Positions 53,950-64,000 of a DNA stretch of 64,000 nucleotides are shown one piece after another. The notes below the pieces were generated by a model. It worked only from the letters and a program-made list of their open reading frames with translations. It searched no databases and was not told the DNA's origin. Source of the stretch: Ignavibacteriota bacterium (lineage in GTDB: Bacteria; Bacteroidota; Ignavibacteria; UBA10030; UBA6906); the NCBI GenBank assembly GCA_963808715.1, contig CAWEHG010000036.1, forward strand, positions 8,391 through 72,390, read 5' to 3'. The translations under genes and the position numbers were made by a program. Within the stretch, counting starts at the first letter, position 1; each line of letters begins with the position of its first letter.

Positions 53950-56721
53950 GTGTCCAGCCAGGAAGAACCCCTCGCCAAAGTCTATTCGCCCGCCGATGTG
54001 GAACAGCGGTGGTACGCGCACTGGGAACAGCAGCGCTTCTTCGCCGCCGCCGTCCGCAACGACCGCGACCCGTACGCCATCGTCATCCCTCCCCCGAACA
54101 TCACGGGGGTCCTGCACATGGGACATATCCTCAACAACACCCTGCAGGATGCCTTCATCCGCTACCGGAGGATGACGGGATACGAGGCCTGCTGGATCCC
54201 GGGGACGGACCACGCGGGGATCGCCACCCAGAACGTCGTCGAACGTTCCCTCATCAAGGAGGGGAAGACCCGGCACGATCTGGGCCGCGAGAAGTTCATC
54301 GAGCGGGTGTGGGAGTGGAAGAAGCAGTACGGCGGGACGATCATCCGCCAGCTCCGGACCCTCGGCAGTTCCTGCGACTGGGACCGCGAGAAGTTCACGA
54401 TGGACGAGACCCTCTCCGCCGCCGTCCGCGAGGTGTTCGTCCGGCTCTACGAAGAGGGGCTGATCTACCGCGGCAAGTACATCGTCAACTGGTGCCCGAA
54501 GGACCACACCGCCATCAGCGACGACGAGGTCAACTACGCCGAGCAGCACGGGCAAGCTCTACTACATCCGCTATCCCGATCGACCCGCTCCCGGCGGGAA
54601 GCGGCGGGGAAATCTCACCGTCGCGACGACCCGGCCCGAGACGATGCTCGGCGACACCGCCGTGGCGGTGAACCCCGAGGACGAGCGGTACAAACACCTG
54701 GTCGGCCGGACGCGCCACACTTCCGCTCGTCGGACGGAAGATCCCGATCATCGCCGACGACTTCGTGGAATCCTCCTTCGGCACGGGCATGGTGAAGGTC
54801 ACCCCGGCGCACGACCCGAACGACTACTGGATCGGCCAGCGCCACGGGCTGCCGCAGATCAAGATCTTCGACATCTCCGCCATGCCTGAACGACGAGGTC
54901 CCGGAGCAAATACCGGGGCAAGGACCGGTTCAGGCCCGGCGAAGATGGTGCTGGAGGATCTCGAGGCCCAGGGGTTGCTCGTCAAGATCGAGGAGCACAG
55001 ACACAACGTCGGGCACTGTTACCGCTGCGACACGGTCATCGAGCCGTATCTGTCGGACCAGTGGTTCGTCAAGATGGCCCCTCTGGCCGATCCGGCGCTG
55101 GAGGTCGTGAAGAACGGGACCATCCGGTTCTATCCGGACCGCTGGGTGAAGGTGTACGAGCACTGGATGACCGAACATCCGCGACTGGTGCATCTCGCGG
55201 CAGCTCTGGTGGGGGCACCGGATCCCCGTTTGGTACTGTACAAGGCCGACGCCCGCAGAACGGATGCGGCCAGCCGATCGTCAGCCGAACCACCCGAACA
55301 GCTGCCCGCCCTGCGGCGGCACCGCTCTGCGGCAGGATGAGGACGTGCTCGACACCTGGTTCTCCTCCTGGCTCTGGCCGTTCTCGGTCCACGACTGGCC
55401 GGCGCAGGAGGCCAACGGCAAGGGGGCGGATCTCCGGTATTTCTATCCCACCGACACGCTGGTCACCGCCCCCGACATCATCTTCTTCTGGGTGGCCCGC
55501 ATGATCATGGCCGGGCTCAAGTTCGCCCCCGGCTTCACGGGGTCGGACGATCCGGCGAAGAACATCCCCTTCCGGGACGTCTACTTCACGAGCATCGTGC
55601 GCGACGAGAAGGGGCGCAAGATGTCCAAGTCCCTCGGCAATTCCCCCGAGCCGCTGGACCTCATTGCGGAATACGGTGCGGACGCGATACGCTTCACGAT
55701 CCTCTACCTCGCTCCGCTCGGGCAGGACGTCCTCTACTCGGCGAAGAAGAACGAGATCGGACGGAACTTCGCGAACAAGATCTGGAACGCCGGCCGGTTC
55801 CTCCTGATGAACAAGGAGCAGATCGGTGAAGCGGAGCAACTCCCGGCGGATGGTCCGCTCCAGTTCCACCTCGAACACCTGGATCTGGCCGACCGCTGGA
55901 TCCTCTCCCGGCTCAACTCCACCCTCCGGGAGGTCGAGGAGGGGTACGCCGCCTTCGAGATCAACAAGGTCTCCAAGACGGTCTACGACTTCTTCTGGCA
56001 CGACTACTGCGACTGGTACGTCGAGATGATCAAGTCGCGGCTCTACGGCGACGAGCCCGCTCGCCGTCAAGCAGGCGGTCCTGAGCCGGGCGCTGGACAT
56101 CTTCGACACCGCCCTCCGGCTGCTCCACCCGCTCATGCCGTTCGTGACCGAGGAGCTCTGGCAGGCCCTCCGGCCCCGCCAGGAGAAGCAGAGCATCATG
56201 TTCGCCAGGATCCCGGCAAAAAACCCGGCGCTGGTGGACGAGGAGGTGGAACGGGAGATGGCGTTCGTGCAGAGCCTCATCGAAGCCGTCCGGAACATCC
56301 GCGGAGAGATGAGCATCCCCCCTTCCCGCGAACTTACCCTGCAGATCCGTTCCAGCGATCGCCACAGCGAGGCCTCGCTCCGCAGGTTCGAGGGCTACCT
56401 CGCCCGGCTGGCCCGCGTCACGGCCCTGGTGTTCATCGGGCCGGAAGTCCGCCCGAAGCTCGCGGCCAGCGCCGTGGTGTCGGGCGAAGAACTCTTCGTT
56501 CCGCTGGAGGGGCTGATCGACCTCGAGGCCGAGCGCAACCGGATCGGAAAGGAAGTCTCCCGCGTGGAGGGACTGCTGAACGGGATCCGCGCGAAACTGG
56601 AGAACCAGAACTTCGTCTCGCGGGCGCCGCAGGAGGTCGTGGCGAACGAACGGGAGAAGCTGGTTTCGCTCAGGCAGGCCTCGAGAAACTCCGTCACAAT
56701 CTTGCCGCGCTTGAGGGATAA
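53950..56721 (+). CDS. valS: Valyl-tRNA synthetase; at least 5 frame changes
   Basis: GTG 53950. The HIGH region is ..[18 protein letters not shown].., KMSKS is at 55618-55632, and a C-terminal coiled coil ends ..[15 protein letters not shown] (56721). Pieces: 53950..54795, 54765..55340, 55264..56721 and 56135... Confidence 0.9.
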
Positions 56722-56755
56722 GACCGCGCGGACTCTTCACCTTATTGGAGTGGCC

Positions 56756-59560
56756 ATGACACGGACATTGTGCGCACTGCTTCTCTTCTGCTCCGTCGCG
56801 GCGGCCCGGCCGGCGGGCCAATCGGCCCGCGACGGCGACCCCCTTCCGCTCGACAGCGCCATCGTCTACGGGAAGCTGGAGAACGGCCTCACCTACTACA
56901 TCCGCAAGAACGTCAGGCCCGAGTCTCGCGCCGAGGTCCGCCTCGTGATCAACGCGGGATCGGTCCTGGAGAACGACGACCAGCGCGGGCTGGCGCACTT
57001 CGTGGAGCACATGGCCTTCAACGGCACGAAGAACTTCAAGCGTCAGGAACTGGTCGACTACCTCCAGTCGGTCGGTGTCCGCTTCGGTCCGGACCTGAAC
57101 GCCTACACCAGCTTCGACGAGACGGTGTACATGATCCAGGTGCCGACCGACACCCAGGCGATCGTGGAAAAAGCCTTCGACATCCTGGAGGACTGGGCCC
57201 ACCAGGTGAGTCTCGAAGGGACGGAGATCGACAAGGAACGGGGGGTGATCATCGAGGAATGGCGGCTCGGCCGCGGGGCCGGCATGCGCATGATGGAGAA
57301 GCAGCTCCCCTCCCTGCTGAAGGGGTCGCGGTACGCCGAACGGTTCGTGATCGGCACGAAGGAGAACCTGGAGAAATTCCCCCACGAGACCCTGCGGCAG
57401 TTCTATCGCGACTGGTACCGGCCGGAGCTGATGGCCGTGATCGCCGTGGGGGACTTCGACCCCGTCGCGATCCGCGCGCTGATCGACAAGCATTTTTCGG
57501 CGATCCCCCGCACCGCTTCGCCCCGCAAGCGGGAGCTCTTCCCGGTGCCGGACCACACGGAAACCCTCTATGCCCCCGCCACTGATCCCGAGGCCACGAA
57601 CACCTCGGTGGCGGTACTCTACAAGATGGACGTTCTGCCGGAGGTCACGGCGGCCGACTACCGCCGGACGATCCTGGAGGGGATCTACAATGCGATGTTG
57701 AACGCGCGACTGCGGGAGATCGGGAGACAGGCGGACCCGCCGTTCCTCTACGCGGGCTCCTCGAAATTCGGCTTCGTGCGGACGAAGGAGTTCTACCAGG
57801 TTTCCACCGTGGTCAGAGAGAACGGCATCCAGCGGGGCCTTGCCGCCGCGCTCACCGAGGCGATCCGGGTGAAGCAGCACGGATTCACCGCGACCGAGCT
57901 GGAGCGGATGAAACGGGACCTGCTCCGCTCCCTCGAACGGGCCTACGCCGAGCGGGAGAAGACCGAATCGGCCTCCTATGCGGGCGAATACGCGCGGCAC
58001 TTCCTCGAAGGGGAACCCTCGCCGGGGATCGCGATGGAGCTCGAACTCTACCGCCGCTACCTTCCCGGGATATCGGTGCAGGAGGTGAATGCGCTTGCCG
58101 GACAGTGGATGACCGCCGGGAACCGGGTGATCACCGTGAATGCGCCGGAAAAGGCCGGGGTCCTCATTCCCACACGGGAGGCGGTCCTCGCGCTGATCGA
58201 TTCCGTCGACAACGTGACGACCACCCCCTATGTTGACGCGGTGGCTTCCGTGCCGCTGATGGCCAAGGCTCCGCCGGCCGCTTCCATCTCCTCCACGAAC
58301 GACTTCGCGGACCTGGGGATCACCGAATGGCGCCTCTCGAACGGCGTACGCGTGGTCCTCAAGCCGACCGATTTCAAGAACGACGAAGTGCTGATGGCGG
58401 CGTTCAGTCCGGGGGGCACCTCCTCGCCGGCGACCGGGACATCATCCCCGCCCAGACCGCCGCGTCCGTTGTGACCGACGGCGGCCTATCGACGTTCGAC
58501 CAGATCGCCCTGCAGAAACTCCTGGCCGGCAAGATCGCCGGGGTGACGGCGCAGATCGGGGAGCTGGAGGAGGGGTTGAGCGGGAGCGCCTCGCCGCAGG
58601 ACCTCGAGACGCTCTTCCAGTTGATCTACCTGAGGTTCACCGCGCCGCGCAGAGGACAGCATCGCCTTCGTCTCCAGCCAGGTGAAGAGCCGCGGCATGC
58701 TCCAGAACCGCAGCGCCAGGCCCGAATCGGCGTTCGAAGACACCGTCGGCCTGACCATGGCACAACATCATCCCCGGCGGCAGCCGTTCACCGTCGCGAC
58801 CGTCGACGGAATGGACCTGAACAGATCGTTCGCATTCTACAGGGACCGTTTCGCGGACGCCTCCGATTTTACGTTCGTGTTCGTGGGGGCTTTTTCGCCG
58901 GAGAAGATCAGGCCGTTCGTTCTCTCCTACCTCGGAGGACTTCCCTCGCTGCAGCGGAAGGAGTCGTGGCGGGATGTGGGGGTCCGCAGGCCCACGGGGG
59001 TGATCACCAGGGAGGTCCGCGCCGGCATCGAGCCCAAGAGCCAGGTCAGGATCTTTTACACCGGCCCCTTCACCTGGTCCATCGAGAACCGCAACGCCCT
59101 CTTCAGCATGACCGAGGTGATGCGCATCAAGCTGCGCGAGGCGATCCGCGAGGAGAAGGGGGGCACCTACGGGATCTCCGTCTCCTCCTCCATGTCCAAG
59201 TTCCCCGTGCAGGACTACACCGTCTCCATCGGGTTCGGCTGCGCCCCGGACCGTGTGGAGGAGCTGGTCCGGGAGGTTTCTCGCCAGGTCGACAGCCTCA
59301 AGAGATTCGGTCCGGACCCCTCGTACACGCAGAAGGTGCGCGAGCTGTCGCGGCGCGAACGGGAGACCAGCGTCAAACAGAACCGGTGGTGGCTCGGCAG
59401 GATCTACAGCTACTACTGGAACCAGGACGACCTGCGCGAGTATTTCCTGTTTGACAGGCTGATGGACTCCATCACGCCGGCGGCCGTTAAAGAGTCGGCG
59501 GTGAAGTATCTGAATGATGCGAACGTCGCCAGGTTCATGATGTATCCCGGGACGAAGTAA
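56756..59560 (+). CDS. Secreted M16 (pitrilysin/insulinase) family zinc peptidase, two-domain; 2 frame changes
   Basis: Signal peptide MTRTLCALLLFCSVAAA (ATG 56756). The inverted zinc motif is ..LAHFVEHMAFNGT.., with ..EIDKERGVIIEEWR.. downstream. Pieces: 56756..58474, a short middle piece, and 58682..59560. Confidence 0.85.
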
Positions 59561-59573
59561 CAGGCGAAGTCTG

Positions 59574-59607
59574 GCCGCCACGCCGTTGGCGTGGTAAACT
59601 CCGGCGC
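59574..59607 (+). repeat. 34-nt hairpin-containing repeat, copy 2 (GCCGCCACGCCGTTGGCGTGGTAAACTCCGGCGC)
   Basis: It is intergenic, 14 nt after the M16 stop codon (59558-59560) and 19 nt before GTG 59626. It has the same stem-loop as copy 1. Confidence 0.6.
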
Positions 59608-59625
59608 AGAGAGAAGGGACAGGAT

Positions 59626-61032
59626 GTGACGTACGGCAGGGTCACCGAAGAGACCGTCGGAAGGCTGATCGGCATCGTCGGAGCGGAGCACGTGCTCCGG
59701 GACGCCGAGGCAAAGGACAGGTACGGGCGTGACGAGACGGAGGACCTCTTCTTTCCTCCCGATGTCGTGGTCCGGCCGGCGGACACGGCAGAGGTGGCCG
59801 CGATCATGAGGCTCGCCTCGGCAGAACGTATCCCCGTCACGCCGCGAGGCGCGGGGACCGGCCTTTCCGGGGGCGCACTTCCGGTCCACGGCGGCATCTC
59901 CCTCTCCCTCGAACGTATTAACCGCATCCTGGCGATCGACACAGCCAACGCGCAGGCGGTGGTGGAGCCCGGGGTGACCACCCAGCGTCTCCAGGAGGAG
60001 GTCGCGGCCGTCGGGCTGTCCTACCCCCCGGATCCTTCGTCGCGCGGGACCTCGCACATGGGGGGGAACATCGCCGAGGGTGCCGGCGGACCGCATGCCG
60101 TCAAGTACGGGGTGACGCGCGACTACGTTCTGGGACTGGAGGCCGTTCTCCCCTCCGGCGAGATCATCCACACCGGAGCGCCGGTCCTCAAGAACGCCAC
60201 CGGATACAACCTCACCCAGCTCCTGATCGGAAGCGAGGGAACGCTTGCGGTGGTCACGAAGATCACCGTGCGCCTCGTGCCGCTTCCCCGGCTGCGCAAG
60301 GTGGTGCTGGTCGCCTTCGCGACGCTGGAGGAGGCCGCCGGTGCGGTGGCGCGCATATTCCAGGAAGGGATCACCCCGGCCGCAGTGGAGTTCCTCGAGA
60401 AAGCCGCGGTGAGGGTCGCGGAGGAACGCCAGGGGAAGAAATTCCCCAACGGCGACGCCGCGGCGCAACTCCTGATCGAAGTGGACGGGAACGACGAGAA
60501 CCTCCTGCAGCAGGAGATCCTCGCGATCGCCGGGGTGGTGAACCGTTCCGGGGCGGTGGACGTGCTCCTGGCGGAGGATCGGATCAAGGTCGAAGAGGTC
60601 TGGACGCTCCGCCGCGGCATCGGGGAAGCGGTCAAGTCGATCTCCCCCTACAGGGAAGAGGACACCGTCGTTCCGCGCGCGGCCCTTCCGGAGCTGGTGA
60701 AAGGGGTGAAGGAGATCTGCTCGCGGCACGGGCTCACGTCGATCTGTTACGGACACGCCGGGGACGGGAACGTCCACGTCAACATTTTGAAAGACCAGCT
60801 CGACGAGACGACGTGGAACGCCACGGTCGACACTGCGGTCCGGGAGATCCTGGCGCTCACCGTGTCGCTTGGCGGGACCATCTCGGGCGAACACGGCGTG
60901 GGATACGTGCAGCGTCCGTACCTTCCGCTGGCGCTGGGACCCGTCGAACGGCGGCTGTTGCGGGGGATCAAACAGGTTTTCGACCCGCTGAACATCCTGA
61001 ACCCCGGCAAGATCTTTTCCCCGGAAGAGTGA
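59626..61032 (+). CDS. FAD-linked oxidase (glycolate oxidase GlcD / D-lactate dehydrogenase family)
   Basis: Intact 468 aa. The FAD-binding PCMH domain shows ..VTPRGAGTGLSGGALP.., and the C-terminus carries ..ISGEHGVGY.. Confidence 0.85.
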   Translation: MTYGRVTEETVGRLIGIVGAEHVLRDAEAKDRYGRDETEDLFFPPDVVVRPADTAEVAAIMRLASAERIPVTPRGAGTGLSGGALPVHGGISLSLERINRILAIDTANAQAVVEPGVTTQRLQEEVAAVGLSYPPDPSSRGTSHMGGNIAEGAGGPHAVKYGVTRDYVLGLEAVLPSGEIIHTGAPVLKNATGYNLTQLLIGSEGTLAVVTKITVRLVPLPRLRKVVLVAFATLEEAAGAVARIFQEGITPAAVEFLEKAAVRVAEERQGKKFPNGDAAAQLLIEVDGNDENLLQQEILAIAGVVNRSGAVDVLLAEDRIKVEEVWTLRRGIGEAVKSISPYREEDTVVPRAALPELVKGVKEICSRHGLTSICYGHAGDGNVHVNILKDQLDETTWNATVDTAVREILALTVSLGGTISGEHGVGYVQRPYLPLALGPVERRLLRGIKQVFDPLNILNPGKIFSPEE

Positions 61033-61053
61033 GAAACCAGAGGAGACAACACC

Positions 61054-61599
61054 GTGCGCCAACTTCCAGATGTCATGCGGTCCCTGCGACTCTCCGGAGT
61101 CTTCGCGCTTGCCCTGTTCGTCGCAGGCTGCGGGACCAGCCGGCAGGCCGGCGGGTCGGCTGAGGGAGAGACCCGGGAGGAGCAGCTGAAACGGATCGAG
61201 GCCGACTTCCACCCGTCGGAGCTGGACCCCGACGCTCCGGCTCTGGATGCCGGAGCGGGCCAGCACGGCGAAGTTCAGCCGGCTGATACCGCCGGTGCCA
61301 CGCAGGTCAGTCTGGAGCAGGAGCAGGGATTCCGCGTGCAGCTGTATTCCACGCCGAGCATCGATGAGGCCAAAGCGAAGAAAGAAGAGGCCGAAGGGCT
61401 CTTTCCGGGCGAGTGGTTCTACATGGAGTATGACGCGCCGACCTACAAGATCCGCGTGGGGAACTTCAAGAACCGCTTCGACGCGGACCGCTTCGCGCGC
61501 CTGCTCGTGGAGAAGGGGTTTTCCGATTCGTGGGCGGTGCCGTCGAGGGTTTACAAGAATCCCGGCGTGCGACCGGTCTCCCCCGGGGAGCCAAAGTAA
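61054..61599 (+). CDS. SPOR-domain lipoprotein
   Basis: Lipobox ..LALFVAGC.. The C-terminal SPOR repeat reads ..GFRVQLYSTPSIDEAKAKKEEAE..YKIRVGNFKNRFDADRFARLLVEKGFSDSWAV.. Confidence 0.75.
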   Translation: MRQLPDVMRSLRLSGVFALALFVAGCGTSRQAGGSAEGETREEQLKRIEADFHPSELDPDAPALDAGAGQHGEVQPADTAGATQVSLEQEQGFRVQLYSTPSIDEAKAKKEEAEGLFPGEWFYMEYDAPTYKIRVGNFKNRFDADRFARLLVEKGFSDSWAVPSRVYKNPGVRPVSPGEPK

Positions 61600-61628
61600 C
61601 GGCGGATCGCCCGACTCCGTTCACGATC

Positions 61629-63422
61629 CTACGGAAAGCGCAACGATACACCCTCGACCGTCCACCGCGCACGGACCTTCACCGTGTCCGATCCCACGGT
61701 GAACGGCTCCGACGGGAGGAACGGATAGGGACGGCCGGGCGAAAAAGCCCCTGAGCGGTCGACATCGCGAAAGGCCTCGAGAGCGTACGGCCCTTCGATG
61801 ACCCGCTCCAGGCGGAAAGGACCGGAGGTTTTCAGAACCAGCGTCCGGCTGTCCGTGGCCGCCGACTGCAGGCTGCGGGCGGTGACGTAAAGCTTCCCAC
61901 TGTCCGGCGGCGGGCGGCGCTCACTCACCGCCCCATCGATCACCCCCGTCGTCTTCACGTCCCGCGTCTTGAACCGGACCACCACCGTCGAGTCCTTCTG
62001 CCCGCGGTTCCCCTGCAGATCCTCCAGCGAATCGAGCGTCACCCGCAGAGTGTACCAGGCGTTCCCCATCAGCTCCCGGCGAGGGACGATCCGCAGATCC
62101 ACGGGGGTCAGCCAGAGGCGTGCCGCTTCCACCGGATGCCGTGCGCTGTCGAGCAGTACGGTCCCCGCTTCGAGCGGGGCCTGCCTGACCGGTTCCGGGA
62201 GTTGGAGGTCCAGCGTCGTCCACCAGGAGACGGACCTCGTGCTATCGGTGATGCCGGAGAGATTCGCGGCCGGGCGCAGCGTGTCGGGGAGGTTCGTCCC
62301 TGCAAAGGCGAACGAGGCGTTCGAGGTGTCGATCGGGTTCCCCGCGGCGTCGGACACCCCCCTGACCGTCAGCCGATAGCCCCCTGCGCTGTCCAGCGGC
62401 ACTGCCGTGACCAGTCCGCCCGTCGCCGGCGCGCTCCGCGGAATGAACACCGAGCGGAGCGGGACCAGAGTTCCGCTCACGGTGTCGCTGAGCTCAAAGA
62501 CCCCCGTCGGCCCGGCCAGCGTATCCAGCGGCTTGCTGAACCGGAACCGGACAAGATGCCGTGATTCGGCCCGGGCCGATGAGAGGAACGGCTTGCTGGT
62601 ATCTTCCTTCGACAGCCGGAAGAGCGCATCGAAGGCTCTCGGGGCTTCGGGGCTGAGGCGCACGTCGCCGGGCAACACGCCGTAGCGGTCGATCCCGGGA
62701 TCGTACGTGAAATTCTTGTACTCGTCCTGGAGGGCGAACAGGCGATAGGTCCCCAGGGCCAGGTTGGTCAGATGGAACTTCCCCCCCTGCCCGGTCTGCA
62801 CAACGTAGTCCGGCATCGTCCGTGCGGGATCCAGCGTGTCTTTCCCGTGGCGCTCGAGGAGGTATCCGGTCACCATGATCCCCTCGGGCCGGTCATCGAT
62901 CACCCGTCCGCTGACCGAACCCTGGTCGATCGAATCCCCCGTGGAGAACGCGAGAGCGAACGACGAGCCCATCCTGTTCCCTGCGCGCACGTCGCGCACG
63001 TCGGTCCCCAGGCTGACCACGTAGGTCGTATTGGCCCGGAGCGAGTCGCGGAAACGGACGGTCACTTCGCGCCCGCTCCAGTCGAACTCCAGGGGTCCGA
63101 GGAACGGCGAGAAGAAGATCGCCTCCTCGACCGATTGCCGGGCGACGTATTCGTCAAACTCGAGAAACACGTGGTCAGGTCTGACCCGGACGGCGTTGGT
63201 GTCGGGGTACGAGCGGATGACCCGGGGCGCGACGCTGTCCAGCGGACCGCCCGGAGGCGGGATCTGCCCCGCACACCCGGCGATGATGGATGCCGCCGCG
63301 AGGGCCCCGGCCGCAAAGCATGCAAAAACGCCTGAAATCGCCGTGCCATCCGGCCGTTGGCCACCGGATCCGGCCGTCCTGCCGCTCCAGCTCCTCCTGG
63401 AGGCCCGGAACTCCACTACCAC
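61629..63422 (-). CDS. Lipoprotein with N-terminal SbsA/Big_5-type Ig-like domain and further beta-rich modules
   Basis: Intact ORF with the lipobox ..SIIAGCAG.., then ..DSVAPRVIRSYPDTNAVRVRPD..FLEFDEYV.. The exact start is uncertain. Confidence 0.55.
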   Translation of the reverse strand: MVVEFRASRRSWSGRTAGSGGQRPDGTAISGVFACFAAGALAAASIIAGCAGQIPPPGGPLDSVAPRVIRSYPDTNAVRVRPDHVFLEFDEYVARQSVEEAIFFSPFLGPLEFDWSGREVTVRFRDSLRANTTYVVSLGTDVRDVRAGNRMGSSFALAFSTGDSIDQGSVSGRVIDDRPEGIMVTGYLLERHGKDTLDPARTMPDYVVQTGQGGKFHLTNLALGTYRLFALQDEYKNFTYDPGIDRYGVLPGDVRLSPEAPRAFDALFRLSKEDTSKPFLSSARAESRHLVRFRFSKPLDTLAGPTGVFELSDTVSGTLVPLRSVFIPRSAPATGGLVTAVPLDSAGGYRLTVRGVSDAAGNPIDTSNASFAFAGTNLPDTLRPAANLSGITDSTRSVSWWTTLDLQLPEPVRQAPLEAGTVLLDSARHPVEAARLWLTPVDLRIVPRRELMGNAWYTLRVTLDSLEDLQGNRGQKDSTVVVRFKTRDVKTTGVIDGAVSERRPPPDSGKLYVTARSLQSAATDSRTLVLKTSGPFRLERVIEGPYALEAFRDVDRSGAFSPGRPYPFLPSEPFTVGSDTVKVRARWTVEGVSLRFP

Positions 63423-63532
63423 CGGATGTGTTATGACCAGTAGAAGTACAAATGGCCGTCGGGGTCATGTGTGTTGGTGTGAGACACGCCCGTGGTGGGT
63501 GGTGGTGAGAAGATGATTCCCGGCGGCCATTG

Positions 63533-64000
63533 TTATTTCCCCGACGTGACGGTTCCCGACCCGCTGACGGCCCGGTGCCTCCTGTACAGCCTGACGTTCC
63601 GCAGGTGCGCCTCGTAGCTCCCGGCGAACCTGTGTCCCCCCTGCCCGTTCGCGACAAAATAGAGATAGGCGTTGGATTGCGGGAAGAGTGCGGCGAGGAT
63701 CGCCTCCCGTCCGGGACTGTTCACCGGGCCCGGCGGAAGTCCGGCATACCGGTACGTATTGTAGGGATCGTCGATCCTGAGGTCCTCGTAGTAGAGCCTT
63801 CGCGGACCGTCGGGAATGATGTACTGGATCGTCGGATCGGCCTGCATCGGCATCCTCTTCCGGAGCCGGTTGTGGTAGACGCCGCTGATGATCCTCAGTT
63901 CTTCCGACAGCCTGGATTCCCCCTGGATGATGGAGGCCATGGTCAGCACCTGTCGCGTGGTCCATCCGAGCTCCTTCTCCCGCGTGCGGAGCGAATCGGT
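63533..64000 (-). CDS. mltG: Endolytic murein transglycosylase MltG (YceG-like), 5' end off-window
   Basis: ..ASIIQGES.., ..GVYHNRLRKRMPMQADPTIQY.., ..YNTYRYAGLPPGPVNSPG.., ..YLYFVANG.GGHRF.. Translation continues upstream to the right edge of the window (..REKELGWTTRQVLTMA..). Confidence 0.8.
   Translation of the reverse strand, partial: TDSLRTREKELGWTTRQVLTMASIIQGESRLSEELRIISGVYHNRLRKRMPMQADPTIQYIIPDGPRRLYYEDLRIDDPYNTYRYAGLPPGPVNSPGREAILAALFPQSNAYLYFVANGQGGHRFAGSYEAHLRNVRLYRRHRAVSGSGTVTSGK

Overview
This is a 64-kb slice of a high-GC bacterial chromosome. Hand-counted flanking lines give 41-43 G+C per 60 nt. The organism is probably from the FCB superphylum: four secreted proteins end in the T9SS C-terminal sorting domain (..NYPNPFNP...LYRL...KM.LLK*), and a perfect Bacteroidetes-type TAnnTTTG -7 box precedes gcvP.

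The gene content is mostly ordinary and tightly packed:
- corA, and an NfrA/NfrB-like exopolysaccharide module followed by a stand-alone receiver
- T9SS cargo: a CocE/NonD-type hydrolase, a CotH-BNR fusion, a BNR propeller protein and an HExxH metalloprotease
- MFS and EamA transporters, a 5'-nucleotidase and an SPFH-RHH operon
- M24B, M28, M23 and M16 peptidases, and a REC-PAS-GAF regulator
- a CoA-transferase / ald / URO-D-like / serA-like block
- argF-arcC-COG2403, pheA, gcvP, efp-accB-accC-gcvH, purM, valS, a glcD-like oxidase, a SPOR protein and mltG

I recognised no rRNA, tRNA, CRISPR array, transposase, integrase, reverse transcriptase or phage gene. All product calls rest on motifs I recognised by eye, not on database searches.

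Two things stand out:
1. Nearly every long gene, including essential valS and accB/accC, is interrupted by single-nucleotide frame changes. My rough tally is 60-70, with a hot spot at 26.8-30.8 kb. The protein sequence on both sides of each break stays conserved, so these look like consensus errors rather than biology.
2. Positions 4.1-7.2 kb form a roughly 3-kb low-GC, strongly purine-skewed island with no credible gene. It lies between a response regulator and a Ser/Thr kinase that is cut off right after its DFG motif. A-rich patches that share recurring motifs alternate with GC-normal patches. The GC-normal patches still read, on the minus strand, like relics of the kinase's C-terminal sensor/TPR region.

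The island is the only candidate for something new. A garbled assembly region is a serious competing explanation and has to be excluded first.
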